Origin: a virus
Taxonomy: Duplodnaviria; Caudoviricetes
Length of the DNA: 64,000 bases
Virus record (IMG/VR): IMGVR_UViG_3300037418_002791
Coordinates: 1-64,000 of that record
Strand: one strand, 5' to 3'
A program made the position numbers and the translations under genes. Under the pieces are notes generated by a model. That model did not search any database. It was given only the letters and a program-made list of their open reading frames with translations, and was not told where the DNA came from. Below, one piece after another: positions 29,579 to 38,187 of the stretch (its first letter is position 1; every line of letters begins with the position of its first letter).

Positions 29579-29762
29579 GGGCCCTCCCGGAATCCAGGAC
29601 CATCCTCTTCTCGTCGACGAGGGTGTCTCTGGCCTGTCTCTTGAGTCCGCAGATGGTGATGGGGCATTCGAGGTGCAGCTGCATCACTCGATGCGCGAAG
29701 CCGACTTCCATGCGCCCCGGCAGGGCGGTGTGTTCGGTGATCGAGATGCCGAGGTCCAACAT
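29571..29762 (-). CDS. small His/Cys protein
   Basis: AHRVMQLHLECPITICGLKRQAR; RBS GGGAGAGG upstream on minus strand. Confidence 0.7.
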   Translation of the reverse strand: MLDLGISITEHTALPGRMEVGFAHRVMQLHLECPITICGLKRQARDTLVDEKRMVLDSGRARE

Positions 29763-29776
29763 CGTGAACGCCTCTC

Positions 29777-29811
29777 CCGTTTGGTCGTGTGAGGCGACCG
29801 TTTGGTCGTGT
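29777..29811. promoter_or_regulatory. 14-bp direct repeat, candidate operator
   Basis: CCGTTTGGTCGTGT at 29777 and 29798 (21-bp period) in the divergent intergenic region. Confidence 0.5.
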
Positions 29812-29889
29812 CATATGACCATGCGCGTCGGAGGTTGAGTTGTCAAGCGGTACACGGCAATCGATATAAAGCCGACTACGATCGAGGTC

Positions 29890-30525
29890 ATGCCCGATTA
29901 CGGTGAGATCCTGCGTGTGCGACGGCTGGCGCGCGGGCTGGACCAAAAGGACATCGCCGAGGCCGCCGGTGTAGGTCTGCGGACCGTCCAGCGATGGGAG
30001 GACTGCGAGCGCCAGATCGACTTCCCCGACATCGCAATGAAAATCGCGCGCAAGCTCGGACTGACGCTCGACGAGCTTGCCGGCGTTACGCCTATCGGCA
30101 TCGAGCTGTCAGGCGAGTGGCATGCACGTTGGCAGACATGGCGATACGGGCAGCCTGTTATCGACCGCCACCCGACCGCGATCACACAGTCCGGCCCGCG
30201 GCTGGTCATGGATTCCACCGGTGACTACATGTGGCGCGCCGAGACCAGCTTGGTCGGTGACCATCTCGAAGGCATCTACCACTCGATCGAGGTCGGCCGC
30301 GAGTTTCACGGCACGCTGCACCTGTGGCTGGGCGTTCGCACCGATGAGTTTCTGAATGCCGAGGCCGACATGATGATCGGGCACTGGTCGGGAAGTTTCT
30401 TCGACGCGCCGGTGGGAAGTGGCTGGGGAGTCATCGCTCGTGACGGTGACCAGGCGGAACGCATGATCCGACACCTCATCGATCACGGATCTGCGCCACT
30501 TCTGGCGTGGCCTGAGCTACACTGA
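29890..30525 (+). CDS. XRE-family HTH regulator with C-terminal beta-barrel domain
   Basis: LRVRRLARGLDQKDIAEAAGVGLRTVQRWE...LGLTLDEL; beta-strand-rich C-terminus. Confidence 0.85.
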   Translation: MPDYGEILRVRRLARGLDQKDIAEAAGVGLRTVQRWEDCERQIDFPDIAMKIARKLGLTLDELAGVTPIGIELSGEWHARWQTWRYGQPVIDRHPTAITQSGPRLVMDSTGDYMWRAETSLVGDHLEGIYHSIEVGREFHGTLHLWLGVRTDEFLNAEADMMIGHWSGSFFDAPVGSGWGVIARDGDQAERMIRHLIDHGSAPLLAWPELH

Positions 30526-30565
30526 CGGTCGTACCGCACGCCCAAACGGTCGGGAGTGATCGCTG

Positions 30566-30880
30566 ATGGCAGTGACCGAGAATTCAGGCCAACGCGCCTT
30601 CTGGCGCCACGACGGTCAGCACGTCGAGGTGATGGGAGTGTGCGACCCGAGTCGCAGCGAGGCGCCGGGGCTGGACGGGATGCCGGCCCACTTCGACACC
30701 GATTCAGGAATTCTCTCGTTTCACCGCTATCCGAGCCTGCAGCGGGCCAGGGAGCTGTTGCCCGAGTATGGGCCGCTGTGGGACTCGATCGGCTCTGAGG
30801 TGAGCGCAGAGGCCACCAAGCGCGCCGCTGACGGTCCCGTGGCCGTGCAGCACTCGGCGTTCTTCTCGATGCCGTATTGA
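30566..30880 (+). CDS. hypothetical protein
   Basis: RBS GGGAG; ends before terminator. Confidence 0.55.
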   Translation: MAVTENSGQRAFWRHDGQHVEVMGVCDPSRSEAPGLDGMPAHFDTDSGILSFHRYPSLQRARELLPEYGPLWDSIGSEVSAEATKRAADGPVAVQHSAFFSMPY

Positions 30881-30893
30881 CCCCGCAAACAGC

Positions 30894-30933
30894 AAACGCC
30901 CCGTCTCCCATGTGCGTGGGAGGCGGGGCGTTT
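30894..30933. terminator. bidirectional intrinsic terminator
   Basis: AAACGCCCCGTCTCCCA / TGGGAGGCGGGGCGTTT between convergent genes. Confidence 0.85.
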
Positions 30934-30942
30934 CGTGCCCTC

Positions 30943-31302
30943 TCAGGCGTTCTTCTCCGCGAGGATCTGTAATCGTCGGTTGATTTCGCGGCCGATCTCG
31001 GCCTCGGTGTACTCCGATAGCGGTGTGCGCCGCGCCGAAACCCGTTGTCCCGCTTCCTCGGGAGTGATCAGGTTGGCGGCGACCATTCCATCCAGGAGGG
31101 TGGTGCCCTCCAAAGCCTGAACCTCCGGCGCAGAGACCAACTTGCGGATCTGGTCGATGCCTGGTGCCGAGGTAAGCCCCTGTCGCCACTTCGAGATCGT
31201 GGAAGTTGAAACGCCGGTCTTGCGCGAGAGGGTACCTGCATCCATCCCGGTGCGGTCCAGGATGCTTTCTATCCAGTCACCCCAGGTCGATCCAGTGGTC
31301 AT
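30943..31302 (-). CDS. XRE-family HTH protein, putative immunity repressor
   Basis: LSRKTGVSTSTISKWRQG..PGIDQIRKL; leftward, divergent from the right-arm operon. Confidence 0.75.
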   Translation of the reverse strand: MTTGSTWGDWIESILDRTGMDAGTLSRKTGVSTSTISKWRQGLTSAPGIDQIRKLVSAPEVQALEGTTLLDGMVAANLITPEEAGQRVSARRTPLSEYTEAEIGREINRRLQILAEKNA

Positions 31303-31510
31303 CAGTGTTGTTCCCTCCATACCCAGTCACGGTAGACGGTCGTCCACGGTGGTGCAATAGCTTCGCCGACGACATCGCGCCGGACGACTTGGTGTCCTCG
31401 ATCGTCCTCGATCACAGCGAGATCGGCACTCTCTCCCTGTTGGGAACCGGCGTGTCGGATCTTCAGCAACCTCTCTGCATCTTCCTACCTGCACGTTTGC
31501 GACAATTTAA

Positions 31511-31567
31511 CTGTTACTGGCGTTAACAGGACCAAAGTCCTTGTAATCCACGCGCGTGGACTGTTAC
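31511..31567. promoter_or_regulatory. palindromes in the divergent control region (candidate operators)
   Basis: CTGTTA-N7-TAACAG and TCCACGCGCGTGGA in an AT-richer intergenic segment. Confidence 0.4.
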
Positions 31568-31568
31568 C

Positions 31569-31802
31569 GTGTGGTGGATCGCACAACACATCAACCGAAG
31601 GGCAGGGGCGATGCCAGGAGGTTCCCCAGCAGGTCGACCATCGGATCTGCAGGCAGCCCAAGATGAAGCGGACGTACGCGAAGGCCGGCTCATCGAAATC
31701 AACAACCTGATCGCCGTGGCCGAAGGGCTGCGGGAGATCGCCGAGATCAAGTACAAACGGGCGCGCGCCAAGGTCGACGTCCTTGGAGACGGCAAGGCTT
31801 GA
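31569..31802 (+). CDS. hypothetical protein
   Basis: First rightward ORF after the divergence; start uncertain. Confidence 0.5.
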   Translation: MWWIAQHINRRAGAMPGGSPAGRPSDLQAAQDEADVREGRLIEINNLIAVAEGLREIAEIKYKRARAKVDVLGDGKA

Positions 31803-32020
31803 GCGCCAGCGGGTTTCCGGACTGTTCATAGGTCCGCCCCGAGTCCATCGACATCGCGAGGGATGGACGCGCACTTCTCTACCGGTGGCGAATGTCGGAT
31901 GACCGCCGGCTTCAACGAAATCCGTTGAGATTTCGATACCCACACCCATGGTCGTTCAATGGTGACGACAACTCTGTATTCGTCGACTCTTAAAAGTCGC
32001 ATTCGAAAGAGGGGACAACT

Positions 32021-32431
32021 ATGTCCGAAACACCCAAGGGTTATCCGTCGATCGACGCATTGATTGCGCAGACTCGGGAAATCGCCGCAGCCCAGCCGAA
32101 AAAGGTTTATCAGCGGCTTGATGTATTCGGTGACCACAATGACGCGCAACCGAATTGCGTCTACATCGAGAAAATGCCTGGCGGCCAATTGATTCCGTCA
32201 TGCATTTTCGGCCACGCCTTCGTCAACCTCGGTGTCGACCCGGAAATCCTGGAAGATGGAAACTTCGAGGACGACACCTCGATCAGCACCGTGCTCGAGG
32301 CGCTGGGGTACGAGGTCGATGTCTACACCGACAAGCGTGTCTCCTGGATGCGCCTCGTGCAGAACCGTCAGGATGCTGGAGTCCCTTGGGGTACAGCAGT
32401 TTCCAAGGCGGACGCTGATGTCGACGACTGA
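32021..32431 (+). CDS. hypothetical protein, paralogue family A
   Basis: RBS GAGGGG; CVY..SCIFGHAFVNLGVDP..QD.G.PWG. Confidence 0.75.
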   Translation: MSETPKGYPSIDALIAQTREIAAAQPKKVYQRLDVFGDHNDAQPNCVYIEKMPGGQLIPSCIFGHAFVNLGVDPEILEDGNFEDDTSISTVLEALGYEVDVYTDKRVSWMRLVQNRQDAGVPWGTAVSKADADVDD

Positions 32432-33200
32432 GCTGGCCACACTGACGGCCGAGGACGCGAGGGCGCTCACCGACCGCATCAAGGTCGGCATGGACGGCAT
32501 CTGGGAGCTGATCAAAGACGCATACCAGTATCGCGCGTGGGCGGCCCTCGGATACACCGGCTGGGACGACTACTGCAACCGGGAATTCGGCACGCAGCGC
32601 ATCAAGCTGCCCCGCGAAGAACGCCGAGAAGTCGTTTCTTCGATGCGTGAAATCGGAATGTCGGCCCGTGCTATATCTATTGCCACGGGCGCTGACAGAA
32701 AGACGATCGCGACCGACCTGAAATCAGGTGGAGGAAATTCCACCACCTCCGGAAAGGTCATCGGAGCGGACGGCAAGGAATATCCGGCGGCGCGCCCGCA
32801 GGAAAAGCCGGAGCCGGTGCCCGAGCACGACGACCACGGCATCGTCGAGGTCGCGTGCAACATCTGCGATCGGTTCTTCCCGATCCAGGAGACCTACGAG
32901 GCCATCGGCGGCGGGTTCGAGTGCGAGGACTGCGTGAGCGGCCCCGCGGAACTGGAGCAGACGCAGCCCGCCCCGCCGGCTGACGACCGTCGCCAACCTC
33001 TCGCGCCGGCCTTTCTGCGCAAGGCGTTCGAGCTGAAGAAGGCCGCCGAGTCGCTGCGCAAGAAGGTCGACGACGACCGCTTCGACTACAACTCGGCGTC
33101 GGTCTCGCGAGACAACCTGCCCGAGCTGATCCGCGCGCGGCAAGACCTGGAGTACGTCATCGCCGCGCTGCAGGTCACTTGGAAGGGGAGCGAGGCGTGA
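32418..33200 (+). CDS. hypothetical DNA-binding protein
   Basis: RAWAALGYTGWDDYC..EF; HTH-like GMSARAISIATGADRKTI; two CxxC. Confidence 0.75.
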   Translation: MSTTELATLTAEDARALTDRIKVGMDGIWELIKDAYQYRAWAALGYTGWDDYCNREFGTQRIKLPREERREVVSSMREIGMSARAISIATGADRKTIATDLKSGGGNSTTSGKVIGADGKEYPAARPQEKPEPVPEHDDHGIVEVACNICDRFFPIQETYEAIGGGFECEDCVSGPAELEQTQPAPPADDRRQPLAPAFLRKAFELKKAAESLRKKVDDDRFDYNSASVSRDNLPELIRARQDLEYVIAALQVTWKGSEA

Positions 33201-33433
33201 GCGGCGACGATGGCGTGGACTTCGCGCTGGGAATCGCCCTGGCGCTGCACGAGCGCTCGTTGGTGACCACCGATGAACTGCTGCGCCAAGGCGATGAGTA
33301 CGGACGCCTGCTTCACGAACTGCGTGAGCGGATCACGGACTACGCCGCCGAATGCGACAGCCGCGCAGTGGCTTTGGACCTTCTTCACATCCTCAACACC
33401 CTCGGTCGGACCGACTCTCCGACCGCCTACTGA
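33197..33433 (+). CDS. hypothetical protein
   Basis: GTGA coupling. Confidence 0.5.
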   Translation: MSGDDGVDFALGIALALHERSLVTTDELLRQGDEYGRLLHELRERITDYAAECDSRAVALDLLHILNTLGRTDSPTAY

Positions 33434-33447
33434 AAAGGAACGATCCG

Positions 33448-34302
33448 ATGACTACCAAACTGTTCGACGCCAACCATGTCCCTGCCTCTTTCGAGCCCGA
33501 GGTGGTGATGGTCGACGCCCCGAAGGCTCGCGAGTGGCTGGTGAAAAACATTCGTAACAGGCCGATTTCGAACGCCGCCGTCTCTCGCTACAAGGCCGAC
33601 ATGGAGTCCGGCCTCTGGCGGTTTGCCGCCGACCCGATCCGCTTCGACTATCAGGGCAATCTGATCGACGGACAGCACCGTCTGTCTGCTATCGCCACGG
33701 CCAAGCAGGGCACGGTGTTGCCGATGCTGGTTGTGTACGGACTCGAGTCCGAAGCCCAGCTGGTGATGGACCAGGGTCGCAAACGCGATGCGGGACAACA
33801 GTTGGCAATGTTGGGCTACAAGCACGCGCCGGCCATCGCCGCCGGTGCACGCCTTCTGATCCTGTGGCAGTCCAGCAACCTGTTCGGTGACGGTGCCAAG
33901 ACCAGCCGGATCACCGCGCCGATGATCCAGGAGTGGGTCATCGTCCACCCCGAACTGGTTCGGGTCGTCAACGATCACCCGCACTTCATCAAGACCCTCG
34001 GCGCTCGCCCGTCGGTCACGCTGGCCTTCCTGTTCAAGGTTGCCGCTCAGCGCAAGAGCCTGGCGATCGAGTTCTTCGATCTGCTGCACGACCGCAGCGA
34101 GTTGCCGAAGGGCTCGCCGATCCTGGCGCTGGACAACAAGTTCCGCGACTACGACAGCTCGGCCGCCACGATCGAGTACCAGCGCGATCAGCTGGGCTAC
34201 TACCTGCTGGCCTGGAACGCCTGGATCGATCGCCGGTCGCTGTCCAAGTTGCAGAAGCCCAAGGGCGGCTGGACCTCTCGCAACTTCCCGGAGCCGAAGT
34301 GA
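33448..34302 (+). CDS. ParB-like / DGQHR-motif protein
   Basis: NRPIS..VSRY..DM..G.W..IRFD..GNLIDGQHRLSAI. Confidence 0.75.
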   Translation: MTTKLFDANHVPASFEPEVVMVDAPKAREWLVKNIRNRPISNAAVSRYKADMESGLWRFAADPIRFDYQGNLIDGQHRLSAIATAKQGTVLPMLVVYGLESEAQLVMDQGRKRDAGQQLAMLGYKHAPAIAAGARLLILWQSSNLFGDGAKTSRITAPMIQEWVIVHPELVRVVNDHPHFIKTLGARPSVTLAFLFKVAAQRKSLAIEFFDLLHDRSELPKGSPILALDNKFRDYDSSAATIEYQRDQLGYYLLAWNAWIDRRSLSKLQKPKGGWTSRNFPEPK

Positions 34303-34466
34303 GCATCTTCGGCAACCCAGAGCTTCGTCAGCTCAAGCGCACAGCGCGCGCCATCCATCGCGACATCCGATGGAACATCCGCCGCGGGTTCGGCGAGCTT
34401 GTGCCCGAAGACCTCCACTTTCTCGACGAGATCACCGCTCGAATCAAGGAGCTGGAACAGAAATGA
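34299..34466 (+). CDS. hypothetical protein
   Basis: Coupled start and stop. Confidence 0.5.
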   Translation: MSIFGNPELRQLKRTARAIHRDIRWNIRRGFGELVPEDLHFLDEITARIKELEQK

Positions 34467-34648
34467 AACTCCGCGATATGAACCGCCAGCAGTTGCAGGC
34501 GGCATACGACTTCGCCGAAGCGATCGGCGACGAGAAGCGCCGGCGGAAGGTCGGCGGCCGACTGGATAAACTCGACGGCTTCGAGTGCGAATACACCTTC
34601 AGCCACACGATGCACTGGTGCGGTCACCGGGGGTGCAGGGCGTCATGA
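34463..34648 (+). CDS. hypothetical protein
   Basis: Coupled; C-terminal C/H cluster. Confidence 0.55.
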   Translation: MKLRDMNRQQLQAAYDFAEAIGDEKRRRKVGGRLDKLDGFECEYTFSHTMHWCGHRGCRAS

Positions 34649-34977
34649 GCGATTCAGCGGCAGAACTGTTCGCCGAACTCGAGAACGAGCGCGGCTTTGC
34701 GAAACTGGCCAACAGCCTGCGCTGGCTGTCGACGGCCGTGACGTCCCTGTGTTGGGCCGCATTCTTCAGTGGTCTTTTCATGGCCATCTGGTCGAACATG
34801 CATCACGTCGACTGGGGCGCCGCCTGCGCCGCCCTGATCATTCCGGGACTTCTCTTGGGATTCCCCACCCTGGCGGCTGCCGTCTTCCTGAGCTGGGGCG
34901 TCAACGAGTCTCGCGCCGATGTGCGCAAGGCGGAGGTTCGCTACAACGCCGCCCTCATTCGCGAGAACAATCTCTGA
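34645..34977 (+). CDS. 2-TM membrane protein
   Basis: Two hydrophobic segments; ATGA coupling. Confidence 0.6.
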   Translation: MSDSAAELFAELENERGFAKLANSLRWLSTAVTSLCWAAFFSGLFMAIWSNMHHVDWGAACAALIIPGLLLGFPTLAAAVFLSWGVNESRADVRKAEVRYNAALIRENNL

Positions 34978-34992
34978 GGGGATGAGCGCGCC

Positions 34993-35178
34993 ATGTCCGA
35001 ACTCGGTGAAGAATTCGACCGCATCGCCGCACTGATCGACGAGCGCCTTACGCTGCGGGATTACGTTCAGTATTATTGGAATCGCGCAAAGTGCGCGGTG
35101 GGCCTCCACCATTTCCATACCGGTTGGCTCGGCGGGCGAGTATGCCTGTTCTGCGAGCGCATCCATGTCGAATCATAG
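34993..35178 (+). CDS. hypothetical protein
   Basis: RBS GAGGG; CAVGLH..CLFC. Confidence 0.55.
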   Translation: MSELGEEFDRIAALIDERLTLRDYVQYYWNRAKCAVGLHHFHTGWLGGRVCLFCERIHVES

Positions 35179-35266
35179 GGCCCGCATCGATCTCGACGCA
35201 TATCTGATTTGCGTCGTCACCGGAATTATCTACGCCGCGATTCTCTTCGTTCCGGCATTCCGGTAA
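35165..35266 (+). CDS. 33-aa single-TM peptide
   Basis: MSNHRARIDLDAYLICVVTGIIYAAILFVPAFR read from sequence (below the ORF-track cutoff). Confidence 0.45.
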   Translation: MSNHRARIDLDAYLICVVTGIIYAAILFVPAFR

Positions 35267-35294
35267 TCCTTCTCACCAACGAGAAAGTCACATA

Positions 35295-36449
35295 ATGAGA
35301 ATCCCCAAGCGGGCTGCAATGCCCGTGGCGATGCTTGCTGCCGCCGCAGGGCCCGCAGTATTCGCCGCCGTCAACGCGCCGGCCGCCTCCGCCGACGGAC
35401 CCGACTGTCAGCCTCTGGTCATCGGCATCGGTGGCTCGCAGGAGCGCTACATGGAATCCCAAGGCGCGCACACCATCATCGAACAGCAGCTCGATTACTA
35501 CGCCGGTCAGGGCTACCAGACCGAGAACGTCGACTACGACAGCTCGATCTGGCCCGAGGGCCCTTACTCGCACGACGAGTCGGTGGCCGACGGCACCGCC
35601 AAGGCGTCGCAGATGATCGCCGACTACCGGGCATACTGCCCGACCGGCGAAGTGACCGTGGTGGGTCACAGCCTCGGAACCGAGGTGGCCGACAACGTGG
35701 CGCCGCAGGCGGATCACGTTGTGGTGTACGGAGATCCGGACCACGGCAACGGTGTCTTCTCGCAGCTGCCCGGCATCTATCCCGGCGCGTCCAACCGTGG
35801 CGTGACTCCGGTACCGGCGAACGAGAAGGACGTCTGCCACCAATACGACTGGGTGTGCGACGCGCCGCAGCCGTGGACCGATCCGGTCGGCTTCGGCCTC
35901 GCGGTGCAGGGCTACCTGAGCGGGTGGCACTACTACGGCCCGGGTGAGGACGCTGGAACGGCCGAGGGCACCGAAACCGTTGTCCCGGAACCGAGTCCGA
36001 ACCCGGGCATCCCGCAGTCGACTCCGACCGGTCTTCCGGCCGTGCCGCCTCCGCTGGCCGCCGTGCCGCCGTTGTACTACGGCCCGCTGCCGTCGGTGCA
36101 GGACATCCAGCCCGAACTGAACGGTCAGCTGCCGCCGGCACCGGCTCTGCCGAACCTGGTCCAGCTGGCCGGCGAGGCTCAGCAGGCGATCAGCTCGGTC
36201 GTGGCGCAGGTGCAGGAGGTCACGACTCCGGCTCCCGCTCCGGCGATCACCGTGGCGCCCGAGGTTCAGGCCATCCCCGACCCGACTCCGGTGATCGACA
36301 CCCCGGCTCCGGCCTCGGTGCAGGACTTCGCTCCCGCTCCGATGCCCGACGTCGCGGCGCAGGTCCAGCAGGCCGTCAACGACGGTGTGCAGAACGCCGT
36401 GGTGCAGGTCCAGCAGGCCGCGGGCGCGCTCGGGATTCGCTTGCCGTGA
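35295..36449 (+). CDS. secreted cutinase/PE-PPE-like serine hydrolase with Pro-rich tail
   Basis: Signal peptide ending AASA-D; GHSLG nucleophile elbow; YGDP; CHQYDWVCD; HYY. Confidence 0.8.
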   Translation: MRIPKRAAMPVAMLAAAAGPAVFAAVNAPAASADGPDCQPLVIGIGGSQERYMESQGAHTIIEQQLDYYAGQGYQTENVDYDSSIWPEGPYSHDESVADGTAKASQMIADYRAYCPTGEVTVVGHSLGTEVADNVAPQADHVVVYGDPDHGNGVFSQLPGIYPGASNRGVTPVPANEKDVCHQYDWVCDAPQPWTDPVGFGLAVQGYLSGWHYYGPGEDAGTAEGTETVVPEPSPNPGIPQSTPTGLPAVPPPLAAVPPLYYGPLPSVQDIQPELNGQLPPAPALPNLVQLAGEAQQAISSVVAQVQEVTTPAPAPAITVAPEVQAIPDPTPVIDTPAPASVQDFAPAPMPDVAAQVQQAVNDGVQNAVVQVQQAAGALGIRLP

Positions 36450-36649
36450 GCGACATCTACGACCTCGAGAATCGGCTCAAGGAAGCGCTCGACGCGCTGA
36501 TGTCGATGTGGAATCAGTACTGCCCACCGCCGATGGGTCATGCGTGCATGTCCGCCGGTGAAGACGCTGAGGAAGTACTCGAGAAGTACGGGCTGCTGAA
36601 GCCTGACGGTAATCCGGATTGGAATGCGTTGGAGCGCTTGGAGTTCTGA
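36446..36649 (+). CDS. hypothetical protein
   Basis: GTGA coupling. Confidence 0.6.
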   Translation: MSDIYDLENRLKEALDALMSMWNQYCPPPMGHACMSAGEDAEEVLEKYGLLKPDGNPDWNALERLEF

Positions 36650-36725
36650 CGCTTCACCGATGGGTGGCCGTGGATTGATTCGCCGATCCACGGCCACCTT
36701 TCTCTCTACTCGAAAGGACGCCGCC

Positions 36726-36989
36726 TTGACTCAGGCCGTCTTCAAGAAGGAGTTCAAGCTCCACTTCCCGGGCGACGCGACCGCCTACGACCCGGACGAC
36801 GTGTACGGGCCCAACACCATGGGCGAGCTGTTCCGGCCGGCATGGGCGTTCTACGACGCAGCGGCCGACCGCACGACGATCCACTTCGATGTCGCCCGGA
36901 CGACCGATCTTCCCGCGCTGGCAGAGAAGAAGATCGCCAAGATCGAGGAAGCGGGCCGCATCCAGCAACTCTTCGGCGGTGGTCGATGA
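36726..36989 (+). CDS. hypothetical protein
   Basis: TTG start after GAAAGGA. Confidence 0.6.
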   Translation: MTQAVFKKEFKLHFPGDATAYDPDDVYGPNTMGELFRPAWAFYDAAADRTTIHFDVARTTDLPALAEKKIAKIEEAGRIQQLFGGGR

Positions 36990-37465
36990 CGGCCGGATTC
37001 TTCGGCGTGGCCGTCTATCACCCGAAGACAGCGGACAACGTTGGCACGCTGTGGCGTTCGGCGATGTCGTATCACGCCAGCATGATCGCCACCGTCGGCC
37101 CGCGGCGCTACGAGTACCAGAGCAGCGACACCTGCAAGACGCACAACGCGATGCCGCTGATCAAGTTCCACGACATCGACGATCTGATCGAGCATTTGCC
37201 CTACAGCTGCGAGCTGATCGGCGTGGAGCTGACCGACTGGTCTAAGCCGCTGTCGACCTTCGAGCATCCGGACCGAGCTATCTATCTGCTCGGCGCCGAG
37301 GACAAAGGCATTCCCGAAGACGTCCTCGGCAAATGCCATCAGGTCGTTCAGATCTCGGCACCGGTGCCGTGGTCGCTGAACGTGGCCGTCGCCGGCTCGC
37401 TGGTCATCTACGACCGCTACGTCAAGACGAACGAGACAGGAGAGGGGTGGATCTCGCTTGAGTGA
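36986..37465 (+). CDS. SPOUT (SpoU/TrmH/TrmL-like) RNA methyltransferase
   Basis: HPKTADNVGTLWRSA, LLGAEDKGIP, SLNVAVAGSLVIY: the three SpoU motifs. Confidence 0.9.
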   Translation: MTAGFFGVAVYHPKTADNVGTLWRSAMSYHASMIATVGPRRYEYQSSDTCKTHNAMPLIKFHDIDDLIEHLPYSCELIGVELTDWSKPLSTFEHPDRAIYLLGAEDKGIPEDVLGKCHQVVQISAPVPWSLNVAVAGSLVIYDRYVKTNETGEGWISLE

Positions 37466-37667
37466 CACCGCACCTCGCTGGAAAGACGGAACGGTCGCCA
37501 GCATCCAGGACCTCGAATGCGTGATGCACGCCTTCGGATTCACGTCCGAGACCTCTTACGAGAACTACTGCAAGATCCACGACCGCAAGCGTGACGAGCG
37601 GCACCGCGCCGAGGCTCTGAAGCTGCTGGCCGAACTCGACGAGGAAGCAAAGAACCATCATGAGTGA
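37458..37667 (+). CDS. hypothetical protein
   Basis: Coupled ORF. Confidence 0.55.
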   Translation: MSDTAPRWKDGTVASIQDLECVMHAFGFTSETSYENYCKIHDRKRDERHRAEALKLLAELDEEAKNHHE

Positions 37668-38187
37668 CATCGACTTCAGCCGGCTGCAACCGCTGCGCGT
37701 GGCCACCGGGACGCACCGCGCCGGGTCCGGCTACGGGTGTGCGATGAACGTGGTGAGCTACATCACCGGCGACGTAGCGATCACCGACTATCCGGCATGC
37801 GCGGACGCGCATCTCTCGCGGATGGTTCAGCTGGTGAACGACACCCTCGGAGTCAGGCGCGGCACCCGGGAGGGGCTGGCGGGCTCGCGGGTGGTCTTGA
37901 CCCCCGAGGATGCCCTCACCGCGATCCGACTGGGATGCATGACGATCGGCACAGCGGGTGTCGACTTCTACGTTGTGTATGCCATCGGCAACGAGGTTGC
38001 CGCAGAGTTCGGGTTTACCGTGCACAAGTCCGCCCCGCAACACCACGTCCAGCGCCTACGCAGGGCCGGCTACCCGCCGGAGACGATCATCGGCTACGTC
38101 GAGCGCGTCCTGACCAAGGTGCGTGAGGCCGCCGGCCTGGACGCCGCCGAGGAAGTGACGACTCTTCCGGAGGGCGTGCTGCTGTGA
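37660..38187 (+). CDS. hypothetical protein (conserved actinophage type)
   Basis: GTH..GSGYGCAMNVVSYITG..ITDYPAC. Confidence 0.65.
   Translation: MSDIDFSRLQPLRVATGTHRAGSGYGCAMNVVSYITGDVAITDYPACADAHLSRMVQLVNDTLGVRRGTREGLAGSRVVLTPEDALTAIRLGCMTIGTAGVDFYVVYAIGNEVAAEFGFTVHKSAPQHHVQRLRRAGYPPETIIGYVERVLTKVREAAGLDAAEEVTTLPEGVLL

Noticed and set aside
31303-31470. Short leftward ORF (LLKIRHAG...WREQH) whose stop overlaps the repressor start
   Set aside because: Only a TTG start with poorly spaced RBS; insufficient support
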